This document shows, piece by piece, positions 28,245 through 41,529 of a DNA stretch of 64,000 bases; within the stretch, counting starts at the first letter, position 1; every line of letters begins with the position of its first letter. The DNA lies in assembly GCA_951406725.2 (NCBI GenBank), contig OX597821.1, forward strand, positions 68,014,001 through 68,078,000, read 5' to 3'. A program made the translations under genes and the position numbers. The stretch is from Octopus vulgaris. Its lineage: Eukaryota. The notes beneath the pieces are model-generated. The model made no database searches. It was not told where the DNA came from and saw only the letters and a list, made by a program, of their open reading frames with translations.

Positions 28245-28628
28245 AGGATCATCAGAGGAAGCTTGCCAAATACCAGGAGCTGATAGAGCAGTGCAGACAT
28301 CAAAGCTGGAAGAAACGTTGTGAGGAAATTGAGCTATCGGGGTTTTGTGGGGCGATCATTTTACAAGTCTTTGTCTGATCTTGGAGTTACTGATGCCTGC
28401 AATGAGAAAATCTATAAAGGTGCAGGGAAGGCTACTAGGTGACTTTGGATAAAGGGAGCAAGATGGTGGTTTGCATCTATCGAGATGCAAGCTAGGATTT
28501 GATCAACCTCAGCTGGTTTAACAAAGCAAGATGATCTGATGTTGAAAGATCCGAAACTCCTTAGGCCCCCAAAATATCACTGATGATGCAGCCCGTATCA
28601 TCCGGTAGATGTAGTTTTGAACATATTG
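28245..28628 (+). mobile_element. HERO-like (RLE) non-LTR retrotransposon 3' fragment with TSD
   Basis: Encodes QRKLAKYQELIEQCRHQSWKKRCEEIE, then RGFVGRS after a frameshift, then ATR*LWIK; 15-bp direct repeat tatacagaacgcagt at 28222-28236 and 28629-28643. Confidence 0.75.
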
Positions 28629-28795
28629 TATACAGAACGCAGTTTAGGAGCATTTTTGTCTCACATTATACATACACACATACACACGTACCTGTGAACG
28701 CAACCTGGTCGAATGGTTAAAGAGTTCAATTCACACTCGTGGTGTTCCAGATTCGATCCGACTGCTTGCTAATTTGAAGAAGTAGTATATATATA

Positions 28796-29671
28796 TATGG
28801 TCTGATCAATAAGTATGCGAACTGTTGCCATAGTAAAGAAGCTAAAGCACGCAGAGTAAAGCCACTTGGCACAGAGTGACCTTGAATTCTGCTGTGCATG
28901 TGCACTGAGTTTTAACGTTCTAGCTCACTTCTGCTGTTTACAGAAGTGCCTGGAAGAAACGTGTGTAACGTGTGATCGTCGCATTGACCATGACAGAGGA
29001 AGCTGCGCAGAAAATCTGCCTCAAATTTTGCCAAAAGCTTGGTGATAAGCGCTCAGAGGCCTACATAAAAAAGTTTTTATCGTTCTCGACACAATCAAGA
29101 AGACCTTGTACAACTGAAACCCGAGTGTTTTTGGTCAACTGAAAGCAGTTTTGGCACAAACTTAGCAGACACACGTCTCATACCAAAATCTTCAGTGATA
29201 ATGAAGTAAACTGAACCGTAACTAATCTTCACATCCACTAATAGCTCACAGATAGTGATTTGGTGATTCCTCTCACAGTTGCATGCACATCTGTGATGCT
29301 TTCTCAGTTCTGCTGGCTGAAGGTCTCTTGTCACTATCGACGTTTCTTCGACTATCCTGGAAACGTCTGAACTACTCGTAAATCTTTGCGCAACTCATAC
29401 ACTCCTCTCCATACACTTTCTGCAACTTTGCGTAAGCCCCTGAGCAGGTATCGCCATGACAACTTTGTCTGTTATGGTCAATGAGATAATCACACGTTAC
29501 ACACGTTACTTCCAAGCACTGTTGCAAACAAGGGGAGTGAGCTAGAACGTTAAAACTTAATGTGCATGCACATCAGAAGTCAAAGTCAATCTCTACCAAG
29601 CAGTTGAACTCTGCATGCTGTAGCTTCATTACTATGGCAACTGGCCGGATACTTATTGATCAGACCTCATA
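28796..29671. mobile_element. Mariner derivative built from two inverted 5' ends
   Basis: TIR ggtctgatcaataagtat at both ends; diverged inverted arms of about 250-270 bp; minus strand encodes ISYGSVYFIITEDFGMRRVSAKFVPKLLS (WVPHEL-like motif). Confidence 0.88.
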
Positions 29672-29764
29672 TCTTAGCCTCGAATTAACCTAAGCCTTTC
29701 GTGAATGAAGCACGTCTATAGATTGTAATTCAACAGCCTCCATCTTGTCATATGCCTCACTTTT

Positions 29765-30140
29765 TCCTCAGTCCCTTCGCTCCCAGTGGATCACAAGACA
29801 TTGACGACTTTCACCCCTGTTCTTGATTCTGAGCTGTCTTGTCTGCTTACCTCCAGGTGGGTGCCTACTTAACGTGTTCCCACAAGACAAAGCCTCCCTC
29901 TCCCAGGTCTTGTTGGTTTTGAATTATTATCAATGGTTCTGTAACTGCTTTTTTTTTTCTAGCTATAAATATTAGCCCAACACAAAAAAACCCATATTTA
30001 TTTCTTGGAAGAGATGGTATATATTTGTCAGGCTCCTATCCTTTAACCTGTCCACCATGAGTGAACCTACCAGGAGACTGTACTCCGCTAGAAGAGCTCT
30101 CAGGATCATTGAGTTACACAACCACCACATCACAACACGT
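29765..30140 (-). mobile_element. Old bipartite RTE derivative (5' UTR-like part joined to 3' end)
   Basis: Minus strand has ctcaatgatcctgagagct..ctcctggtaggttcactcatggtggacaggtt, then a TWR..AQ..VVNVL*STGSE-like RTE ORF end. Confidence 0.45.
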
Positions 30141-30928
30141 ACTGCCTTACACTAATTCAATGAATGGTTAGTTCAGCTAATAGAACAACTGAAAACTCAT
30201 CGTCGACATTGACGGCTCTCCATTCGCTTATTTACACGCTAATCCTACAACCAACAATAACTTAAATACCATTTTACAATCTCTTGTAAATATTGGAAAT
30301 AAATAAATCTTTGAAAATCGAAAACACACCGCCAGTGGGGTATAGCTGTTGATAGACAATCAATCGATATATTTACAACACTAAACTTACTCTATTGCAA
30401 GGCATTTGGATTAAAGCCTCCAGTTACAATAACAACAGCAAGAACAACCCATGTTTCAATTTTTATTGTGTTATTGTTCAGGTAATGACCTAGATGTATG
30501 CATACTAGGTGTCAATCATATTAATCCCTGAAGTCAGTGGAGACACAGATCATTCCACGTTAAATAACTTATATTTTTAATCACAGCAGTTGAGATATAA
30601 TTTAATGAATAAAAAAGCTTATTCATAGGAGAACGCGGGTAAGGATTTCCCAGAAGAATATACACGCAAATAACATACATTGTTATTACTGCAAAGGTTA
30701 TTATCACCAAAAAAGAAGTATGCATAAAAACACAAATATACTGCCAACGTATAGAGAGTGGCTTGGTGTGTGTACAGAGAATTGACAAACTAACTAATCG
30801 ATATCAACTACACAAAGCTAATACAAATTAATTGATATAACAGCACTGCCAAGATAAACTAATCGATGTAGCTATGCTATCAATCATGTTATCTTTTCAT
30901 TGAAGCATCCCTATGCTCAGGACATACA

Positions 30929-30929
<1 letters not shown>

Positions 30930-31005
<76 letters not shown>

Positions 31006-31400
31006 TGTGTGTGTGTGTACGTGACAGAAGGAGAAATCGAGAGAGAGTGTGTGTGTGTTTGTAATTATGTGTATGATTGTGTGTGAAACAGTGAATTTGT
31101 GTACGTGTGTGTGTCTATGTGCGTTCCGGCAGAGCGTGTAAGTAGATGTGTATGTGTGTGTGTACGTGTGTGTGTATGTCTGTTTATATGTGCGGGTGTG
31201 TGATTATGTGCATGAATGTGCGTGAAAGAGTGAATTTGTGTACTTGTGCGTGTCTATGTGTGTGTCGGCAGGGCGTGTACGTAGGTGTATGTGTGTGTGT
31301 GCGTTTGTGTGTGCACGTGTGTGCACGTGTGTGTGTGTGTGTGTATGTGTGTGTGTCTGTGTATGTGCGTGCGTGTGTGTTCACTTGTGCGTGCGAGTAT
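30930..31400. repeat. Degenerate (TG)n tract
   Basis: TG-rich repeat with an internal diverged duplication (gtgaatttgtgtac). Confidence 0.9.
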
Positions 31401-31454
31401 ATGCATAAATAACCTATAGAATTACTCCTTCCCTCGGGTCCAAATTTAATTAAT

Positions 31455-31605
31455 TCTTTCTACTTTTGGCACAAGGCCAGCAATTTTGAGGGAAGTGCAA
31501 AATCGATGACATCGGGCCCCAGTGATCAACTGGTACTTATATAACCAACACCGAACAGATGAAAAGTAAAACTGACTTCGGCGACATTTGAACTCAGAAC
31601 GTAAG
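31455..31605 (-). mobile_element. SINE family B, old copy
   Basis: ggcacaaggccagcaattttg..ctggtacttat..atttgaactcagaacgt. Confidence 0.7.
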
Positions 31606-31954
31606 GAGCAGAATTAACGATTTTGTTGCCTTCAGATGTAAGTTTTATAAGTAGAAGCATTTCCATGCTAGACTCCACTTAGCTGTATATATTTCATTCA
31701 GATGGCACCCCTACGTAATATGAACCCCCTTCCCCTACGTATCCCATTCATTAACTTTTCATATTGCGTTTTCATAAACGCATTCACGTTCATAGCGTTG
31801 TACAGTAATTGCAGGTAGCGGGAGGGCTGAAAGTTGAAGGCTTGGACACGCGAACATTCATTATGATGTGCCGCACCAACTATGTTTGGTAGCATTGATT
31901 GTTCTGTTACTACTACTACAGGTGGCGGTAATGGTGGCGGCGGTGGTCTGCCGG

Positions 31955-32125
31955 TACGTTCAGAGTTCAAACTCTGCCGAGGTCGACTTTGCCTTTCATC
32001 CTTTCGGGGTCGATAAATTAAGTACCAGTTACGCACTGGAGTCGATGTAATCGACTTAATACCTATGTCTGTCCGTGTTTGTCCCCTCTATGTTTAGCCC
32101 CTTGTGGGTAATAAAGAAATAGGTA
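31955..32125 (+). mobile_element. SINE family B unit, 5' truncated
   Basis: Near-consensus core and tail ending aaagaaataggtattt. Confidence 0.9.
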
Positions 32126-32215
32126 TTTATTTAGAGGCCTGTCGGGCAGACTCCATGGAAAGGGGTGAAAACTGAGTTCTGAACGATTCACAGATACCAA
32201 CTCATGTAAATACTG

Positions 32216-32298
<83 letters not shown>

Positions 32299-32371
32299 GT
32301 AGTAGTGGCGGCAGCAGCAGCAGTAGTAGTAGTAGTATTAGTAGTAGTAGTAGTAGTAGTAGGAGTAGTAA

Positions 32372-32414
<43 letters not shown>

Positions 32415-32459
32415 TGCTGTTGTTCATGATGATGATGAAGATTGTCCTATTGCCACAAT

Positions 32460-32805
32460 TAAAGGGCAAATCCACCCCAGGACTTATTTCTTTGGAAGCC
32501 TAGTACTTATTCTATCGGTCTCTTTTGCCGAACCGCTAAGTTACGGGGACGTAAACACTCCAGCATGGGTTGTCAAGCGATGTTAGGGGGACAAACACAG
32601 ACACACAAACATATACACACACATATTTATATATACATATATACGACGGGCTTCTTTCATTTTCCGTCTACCATATCCACTCACAAGGCTTTGGTTGGCC
32701 GGAGGCTATAGTAGAAGACACTTGTCCAGGGTGCCTCGCAGTGGGACTGAACCCGGAACCATGTGGTTCGTAAGCAAGCTATTTAACCCACAGCCACTCC
32801 TATAT
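32460..32805 (-). mobile_element. SINE family A, truncated
   Basis: Reverse complement of family A body and head. Confidence 0.88.
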
Positions 32806-33513
32806 ATACTGGCTTTTAAGCTAGCTCCCGTGGTGGACTCTTCATTGAGCCTTGGGGCCAACAATGACACTTCACTTCATGTATTGAGTACATATTAAAT
32901 TTCATTAAACTTGACCGATATTTTTCAAGTAATGAAAATTTTTTATAAAAACAATGATATAATTTATCGACTTGGAACTTATTGCAAAACTGCATGATAA
33001 ATATTTTTTGCTTTCCCATTCGGAGGTCAGTACGGTTTTTTTTTTCGATGTAACCTCTTTCTTTCTCTCTCTCTCTTTCTCTCTCCCTCTCTCATTCTGT
33101 TGGTTGTTTTCAACCATCACCATCACCTGTACCACCATCATCGCCACCACAACTCCCATATACACACCATTCAGACTTCTGACGCCACCACCATCAATAC
33201 CTTTAACTTCGCCGCCTTCCCCTCCGCCACCATCACCACTTCCTTTACATCACTCACTATCACCGTTATCCCTGACCGCCTTGGCTACCACCACCACCAC
33301 CATCATCGTCGGCTCCGCCTCTATCACAACTACAGCTTTTACTATTACTATCACACCATTACCATCACAACCAACCGTGAATCTACTTCGGCCCTTACCG
33401 TCTCTATACCTACTATTACGCTCACCCCAACATGAGGAATAGGAGAAGTGTCATTGAATAGTGAGAGAGGGGATCAAAATGTGACACACTGACGCACAAA
33501 AACTCGTTTAGGC

Positions 33514-33612
<99 letters not shown>

Positions 33613-35092
33613 CTCACATACATATAGATATATGCGTATAGACATATATTCTTAGTGGAGCGTTAGTGCTCAAGTAGCAAATGTGTTTCGCATGCTTTTT
33701 GAACGCTATTCAATACAGTGTTATTAAAAAATAAAGAGGAGAGAACGCAAAAGTATACGATTGAATTTAAATGGCTAACATAATTCTTTTAAATGCAATT
33801 GTTTCAGTTTCAAGAAACAGCCCCAATCAAATTAATTACCGAGACAGTACAACTTTGATACATATGCGTGTGTGCATCTGTGCTTGTGTGCGTATGTATA
33901 TGTGTGTGCATGTGTGTGCATGTGTGTGTATATGTGTGTGTGTGGCGAGGGATAGAGGAGAAGAAAGGGAGAGAGAGAGAGAGATGTATAGATATATTGA
34001 CGTCATAAGTATTTAGAAACTTCGAGAGAGCATGAAATAATTCTTTCTTGGGAAGGTGAAACTCGAAGCACATAAAGCTATAAATAATGGCGTGTAAATA
34101 TTGTGTTTAAAAGAATCCTTTGGAGAGAAAAAGTCGAGGGCTGCCCATAGGACTCGAACCCACATCTTCTGCAAACATGTAACGTTGTTAATTGTAGCTT
34201 TATTTACTTCCAGTTTCGCTACACGCGCAGATGTATTTCTCCTGAGATTTCTCTGTTAATTTTCTGAGTTTCGTAAGTGTCGTCGAGGACAACGAAAATG
34301 GGAACTGTATTACATGCTAGATTGTTTATATCAATATGTACCGAACAAGTACTGGGGGGGGGGCGATGTAATCGACTTCGCCTCCCCTCAAAAGAATGCT
34401 GGCTCTGTGCCAAAATTTGAAACCATTATTTCTGTATATAATCAAGGTGGTGAGTTGGTAGAATCGTAAGCACGCCGGAAAAAATGCTTAGAGGCATTTT
34501 GTCCGCCTTTACATTCTGAGTTCTAGGTGGTGAACAAATCAACGTATATGGTGAATACAATTCATCGGGTGCACGCCGACCGGTCCAGTTATAAATAATA
34601 ATGTAAGCATGTCCATCATATTCAATATGTTCAGGCACATTGGAACGTGAATATTCACCAGAACATATTTCAGAAAGAATAGATAAGTATTGTTTGGATT
34701 CTCATTATGCGTGTAACACGTGAATTATTATCAGTTGGGCAGATACCAGCACGCATCAGCAAATAATTTGCTTATTTCTCCATACACGGGCCTGTACTCT
34801 TGTTAGAGTAATTGGTCCTAGAATTCTTTGAGTGAGGAAACATTAAATAAGGACAAAACACGGAGCGTCTTAAGTCCTCTTACATCAGCTATTCAGGTGT
34901 ATTATGAATACACAATGCCTAAAGGGAGGTGTTCTCCAACAGTGAAAAACAACACTGTTCAGATATTCACTTTCGATTCTGGCGGGAGATATTCAGAATC
35001 ATTACATATGCTGTTGCTTTCAGTCTCGGTGAAGCCCACAAATTATTATCAGTTTGACAGAAATGTGTATGTGTATGTATGTATGCGTGTAT

Positions 35093-35448
35093 GGAGGCGC
35101 AATGGCCTAGGGGTTAGGGCAGCGGACACGCGGTCGTGGGATCGCGATTTCGATCCCCCGACCGGGCGTTGTAAGTGCTTATTGAGCGAAAACACCTTAA
35201 GCTCCACGATGTTCTAGCAGGAAGTGGTGGCGAACCCTGCGGTACTCTTTCACCACAACTTTCTGCTTGTTTCTGTTGTACATGTATTTCAAAGGGGCCA
35301 GCCTTGTCACGCTGAACCTCCCCGAGAACTACGTTAAGGGTACACGTATCTGGGGAGTGCTCAGCCACTTGCACGTTAATTTCACGAGCAGGCTGTTCCG
35401 TTGATCGGATCAACTGGAACCCTTGTCGTCGTAACCGACGGAGTGCCA
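35093..35448 (+). mobile_element. SINE family C
   Basis: ggaggcgcaatggcctaggggttagggcagcgg head; tail gtcgtcgtaaccgacggagtgcc. Confidence 0.9.
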
Positions 35449-35699
35449 CGTTAAATGTATGTGTATCTGATGGGGAATGAAATTGAATATATATTACGAT
35501 TCGAGTTTCAAGTCACTGCGATCTTCAGGAAAAATTAGCACAAAACCGTGAAAATTAACATTCGCGCTACACTTTCAACGCACCATATTCGTTACATGTA
35601 TTGAACAATACTATTCCTCTCGATTGATGCAATTCAAAGTTGGTGTACACACACACACACATTTATGAATATATAGTATATAAACATAAATATGTGCAT

Positions 35700-36001
35700 A
35701 TATCACGTGATCACGTGACCGACCAGTCCATCAGATGTAGTTACACGTCGCTGGTCACAATGCGTCCGCATTGTTTTAGCCTTCGAATGACGCCACCCCG
35801 CTGGCTAAGCGAGCAGGCCAACTGAAGAAAGAGTAGGAGAAAGAGTGGTGAAAGAGTACAGCAGGGATCACCACCCCCTGCCTCGTGGAGCTTTTAGGCG
35901 TTTTCGCTCAATAAACACTCACAACGCCCGGTCTGGGAATCGAAACCGCGATCCTACGACCGCAAGTCCGTTGCCCTAACCACTGGGCCATTGCGCCTCC
36001 A
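35700..36001 (-). mobile_element. SINE family C variant with an alternative 3' tail
   Basis: Family C head and body at 35822-36001 joined to a different tail (35700-35821) that also occurs alone at 44282-44400. Confidence 0.85.
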
Positions 36002-36014
36002 CATATAAACACAC

Positions 36015-36085
<71 letters not shown>

Positions 36086-36093
36086 GAGACAGA

Positions 36094-36183
<90 letters not shown>

Positions 36184-36396
36184 TCATCTCTTTACTTGTT
36201 TCACTCATTGGACTGCGAACTTGCTGGGGCACCGCCTTAAAGAATGTTAGTCGAATGAATACTTTTTTAAAGAGTGGTACTTATTCTGCCGGTCTCTTTG
36301 TTGAACCGTTAAGTTACGGGAACGTAACACACCGACACTGGTTGTCAAGCGGTGGCGGGGGACAAATACAGACACACACACATTAATATATATATA

Positions 36397-36790
36397 CTTG
36401 CAGTATCGCCCGGCGTTGCTCGGGTTTGTAAGGGAAATAACTATACAGCATTTTTAGAGAGTTATAGCCAAAAAATAGCAAAAGAATGCATTAAAAATGG
36501 AAAAAATATGATGGTAATTTTTTTTTTAAATCGTTGACTCATCGTAGACATTTTTAGAGAGTTACTTCCCTTTAAAAAAATATGCATGAAAATGGAAAAA
36601 AATTATGGTAAATTATTTTTAAAATCGTAGACTCATCGTAGACGCGCGCTAATACTCAGAAGGGCTCGATATGAATCACGACTATAAGATACCCGGTTTT
36701 GGTTAAACTGCACCGCAAAATGTGGGAGTAGTTAGGAATCTAAATCGAAGGGGACAGACACTCACACAACTACAGTTTTATATAGAAAGA
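36397..36790 (-). mobile_element. Non-autonomous Helitron-like element
   Basis: Minus strand starts TCTTTCTATATAAAAC after an A and ends with GC hairpin cccgagcaacgccggg plus CAAG (CTAG variant) before a T; internal tandem duplication of about 95 bp. Confidence 0.75.
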
Positions 36791-37199
36791 TATATATATC
36801 AGAGGCGCCTCCAGGTCATCAGGAGTCACCCGCGATCATCACAGATTTCGCATAAGAAACATGTATAGAATGGAAATATTTCATAGATTGGAATATAAAT
36901 CCTAATCTCTATAGAAATTGATTGTTTCAAGAAAACTTTGAATTCTAATCACTTTAATTTTTTTACGATTATAGATAACAACTCGAGTTGTAACATCATA
37001 GCCTGAGTCAAGCAGCTTTGAACGCTGTCGTGAGAAAGTCAGACGTTGACGAAAATAAATGAAATGCAACTAGGCTCAATAAAAGGTGCCCGATTACATA
37101 ATTGATGTCAGTGTTGGCACAAATTAAATCAGCTCGCAAATACACTTTCACTTTATTAAATTTATACTCGGGCTAAGCTCGAACAGCCCGAGTGCAGGA

Positions 37200-37412
37200 G
37201 TTGCGCCATGATAGATCGCTGGCCACTATACCTTTTTCTATTTTTTCTATTTTCTTTCTCTGTTTATTTCTGTGTTCCTTTCTGTCGAAGAGCGTAGACT
37301 CGAAATGTAAAAGACTTTCTCACTTCCCGAGCGTTAAACTGATACATCTGTATGCCGTTTACATACCCGTGTTCGTTACTTGTTTTTTTTGTTTTTGTTT
37401 GGAAATTCTCAC
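37200..37412 (+). mobile_element. Penelope-LTR-like element with hammerhead-like motif
   Basis: Inverse-orientation homologue of 22214-22400; cttt-ctgtcga-agagcgtagactc-gaaatgta-aaag at 37278-37313. Confidence 0.65.
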
Positions 37413-37996
37413 TATATGTATATATATATACGACGGGCTTCTCTCAGTTTCCGGTTACCAAATCTACTCACAAGGCTTTGGTCGGCCCGAGGTTATAGTA
37501 AAAGGCACACGCGGTGAAACTGAACCTGGAACCATGTGGTTGGGAAGTAAGCTTTTTACCAAACAGCCACACCTGTGGCTATTCACAAAACACACAGAGA
37601 CACGTATATATGTATGTATGAATGTATGTATGTATGTATGTATGTATGTATGTATGTATGTATGTATGTATGTATGTATGTATGTATGTATGTATGTATG
37701 TATGTATGTATGTATGTATGTGTGTATGTATGTATGTATGTATGTATGTATGCGTATATATGTGGCACGTTGTGTCGAAGAGTTATCTACGGTGACGCGC
37801 TCTAACTTCAGACGTGTGATTCTATTCTTTCATACTGTAAATGAAGCTACATCAATAAAAAACAAAAGTCAAGCAAAAGGCCGTTCAAACTTGAAATAAA
37901 TTTTCAACTTACTTTTGTAGTTGGACAATAAAAATGTGAATATATGGTGTATATATGTACAACGATGTGAAGTATTCAAATATATGTATAACTGCA

Positions 37997-38036
<40 letters not shown>

Positions 38037-38047
38037 CATACATACGT

Positions 38048-38110
<63 letters not shown>

Positions 38111-38112
38111 CG

Positions 38113-38156
<44 letters not shown>

Positions 38157-38163
38157 CACACAC

Positions 38164-38226
<63 letters not shown>

Positions 38227-38511
38227 CGTGCGTGTGCATGTGCATGTATGTATGTATGTGTGTATACACACTAAATTATATCATACTTGGTGATGCAGAC
38301 TAACCCCGCATCTTTGGTGTCTGCTCGAGGATGTATATTCTTATGTATGTATAGATATGTGTGTATGTATGTGTACATGTATTATATATTATATCATATA
38401 TATGCCTATATATTCACATTTGTGTCTATTTTAGTGTGTGTGTGTGTGTGTATGTGTGTGTGCATGTGTGTGTGTATGTGTGTGTAAAAACAGAAGCCAA
38501 CATCTAAAGTT

Positions 38512-38550
<39 letters not shown>

Positions 38551-38771
38551 CTACAGATAACCGACTGACACGGCGTGCCATCTATATACACCATGGCAGT
38601 TTGCTTCCAAATTCATTCTTCGCTTTTCTGCTGATAAGACATCAAGCCCAACTTTGCCAAAGAAGTCGCTTTTGGCATCGGAACAGATATCTGTTGGGAA
38701 CTACGAACATAATTCTCTATTTGGGACATGTTACATGAGAAGATATAACATATCAAACGATTATGCCATGC

Positions 38772-39630
38772 TAGTAGGAGAATTCTGTGTGGTTATGAAG
38801 TACTATTAGCAACCACATGTTTCAAGTTCAATTCCAAGTTGCGGCACATTGGCATATATTTTATGCATTAACCCCGAGTTTACATATCCTTTTGAGTGAA
38901 TTTCGTAGATACGAATTGTGTGAGGTCCGTAGTATATATATGTGTGAGTGTATGTGTGTGTGTGTGCGCGTGTGTGTGTTTCTATGTATATATGTGTATG
39001 TATGCATGGTTATGCGCTTGTGTTTGTCTCCACAATGGTTGGCAAACGTTGGTTTGTTCACGTCCACGTGACTTAAGAATCGGCTAAAGCGTCCGGTAGG
39101 TGGGTAAGAGACCTGAAATAAGTGCTGGGGTCAATATATTCCACTGACCCTTTATGTGATGATCCAGCATGCCCGCATTTCTACGACTAAAACCAGAAGA
39201 ATAGTAAAATAATAATATATAGATAGGTGTAGGAGTGGCTGTGTGGTAAGTAGCTTGTCTACTGACCACTTCGTTCCGGGATTAGTCCCATTGCGTGACA
39301 CCTTGGGCAAGTGTCTTCTACTATAGCCTCGGCCGACCAAAGTCTTGTGAGTGGATTTGGTAGACGGAAACTGAAAGAAGCCCGTCGTATATATGTATAT
39401 ATGCATGTATGTGTTTGTATATGTTTGTGTGTCTGTGTTTGTGCCCCCAACATCGCTTGACAACAGATGGTGGTGTATTTACGTCCCTGTAATTCAGATG
39501 TTCGGGAAAAGAGACCGATAGAATAAGTACTAGGCTTACAAAGAATAAGTCCTGGGGTCGATTCGCTCGACTAAAGGAGGTGCTCCAGCATGGTCACAGT
39601 CAAATTTCTGAAACAAGTAAAAGAGTAAAA
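38772..39630 (+). mobile_element. Two tandem SINE family A copies (old 38772-39210, younger 39224-39630)
   Basis: Both follow the family A layout; the first is heavily diverged. Confidence 0.85.
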
Positions 39631-39770
39631 AAGGGATAGAGAGATACATACATACATACATACATACATAGACAAATAGACAAATAGATAGTTACATAAA
39701 TAGACAGATAGACAGACAGACAGTCAGATGGTTAGTTAGACAGACAGATAGACATACAAATAGATAGATT

Positions 39771-39817
<47 letters not shown>

Positions 39818-39820
<3 letters not shown>

Positions 39821-40011
39821 TTGCGGCCAAAAGGTTCAGAACGGCATTGTTTTCGTCAGAAAAGTAAGTATAAATTTTTACCAAAGTTGTTTTATATTCT
39901 ATAATTTTCACAGACAATAAATACGATATTATTTGTTAGTGCCTGAGATTTTGGTGTAATTTGAGAGGATAATACAAAAGTTATGCCGTTCTGAACATTT
40001 TGGCCGCCACT

Positions 40012-40012
<1 letters not shown>
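39818..40012. mobile_element. Tc1-like MITE in a TA tract
   Basis: 30-bp TIR cagt(t/g)gcggccaaaa(g/t)gttcagaacggcat with two mismatches and CAGT ends, flanked by (TA)n. Confidence 0.88.
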
Positions 40013-40058
<46 letters not shown>

Positions 40059-40104
<46 letters not shown>

Positions 40105-40206
40105 GGTTGTATTCCTTCATTAACATTTCTGTATACATTTATACGCGCGGGCGCACACACACGCGCGTATAAATGTATACAGAAATGTTAATGAAGGAAT
40201 ACAACC

Positions 40207-40270
<64 letters not shown>

Positions 40271-40274
40271 CATT

Positions 40275-40306
<32 letters not shown>

Positions 40307-40335
40307 CATTTATACGCGCGGGCGCACACACACGC
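40059..40335. repeat. Perfect inverted duplication plus a direct re-entry copy
   Basis: 91-bp perfect arms 40059-40149 and 40162-40252 with a 12-nt spacer; 40132-40164 is repeated directly at 40303-40335. Confidence 0.95.
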
Positions 40336-40664
40336 ACACACTCAGAGCCGTATACGCATGTAGCATGAAATTCCTGCTTTAACATCGTCTATAATATAAA
40401 AATAGTTTAAAGCATGTAACACAAAATCAAGGTATAATATACATGCACTGGAATATATATATATTTATTAATATTTATTTCCTTGGAAAAACTACATTGC
40501 TTGCGGCAAAGAGATGCTGTCTTTTACAAAACAAAAGCAGAATAACAACAACAACAAAAAGAAAGAGATGCGGCTTAGTTAAACATGTTAGCCACGGTCC
40601 CTATAACATTTGTGTTATTTGATTTTATATTCGCTAGTTTTTGCAACGCTATGTGTAAAGTTAT

Positions 40665-41262
40665 CTCAGAACGTAAAGAGATACGAAACACCTATTTCTT
40701 TACTGCCCACAAGGAGCTACACACAGATAATGACAAACAAGGACAGACAAACGGATTAAGTCGATGATATCGACCCGAGTGCGTAACTGGTACTTATTTA
40801 ATCGACCCCGAAAGGATGAAAGGCAAAGTCGACTTCGGCGGAATTTGAACTCAGAACGTAGCGGCAGACGAATTACCTATTTCTTTACTACCCACAAGGG
40901 GCCAAACATAGAGGGGACAAACAAGGACAGACAAATGAATTAAGTCGATTATATCGACCCCAAAAAAATGAAAGACAAAGTCGACTTCGGCGGAATTTGG
41001 ACTCAGAACGTAAAGACAGACGAAATACCTATTTCTTTACTACCCGCAAGGGGCTAAACACAGAGAGTAAAAAACAAGGACAGACAAACGGATTAAGTCC
41101 ATTACATCGACACCAGTGCGTAACTGGTACTTAATTTATCGACCCCGAAAGGCTGAAAGGCAAAGTCGACCTAGGCGGAATTTGAACTCAGAACGTAACG
41201 GCAGACGAAATACGGCTACGCATTTCGCCCGTTGTGCTAACGTTTCTGCCAGCTTGCCGCCT
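40665..41262 (-). mobile_element. SINE family B array (3 units and a partial)
   Basis: Three head-to-tail cores joined at gacgaa(a/t)tacctatttcttt; single head at 41210-41262. Confidence 0.92.
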
Positions 41263-41297
41263 TGTACATGTGATTAATAATATGTGCGCGTGTGTGC

Positions 41298-41346
<49 letters not shown>

Positions 41347-41529
41347 TGCACGCGTTCTGTAAACTGGGCCCTAAAAAACAATACAGACGTACAAATTTAA
41401 GAATGAAGTCTGACACGAACCTCAGTGTTGAAGGTAAAGAGAATCATAAAAAGGAAAAGTCTATCATAAAAAGCAGAATATCATCTGGAGAATAACCGAG
41501 AAAGATACACGTGTAAAATTAAGGGAATT

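Larger units (their letters stand above)
36185..37575 (-). mobile_element. SINE family A split by about 1 kb of nested insertions
   Basis: Tail at 36185-36385 and head at 37425-37575. Confidence 0.8.

Noticed and set aside
34135-34175. Isolated tRNA B-box-like sequence on minus (gggttcgagtcc)
   Set aside because: No A box or cloverleaf.
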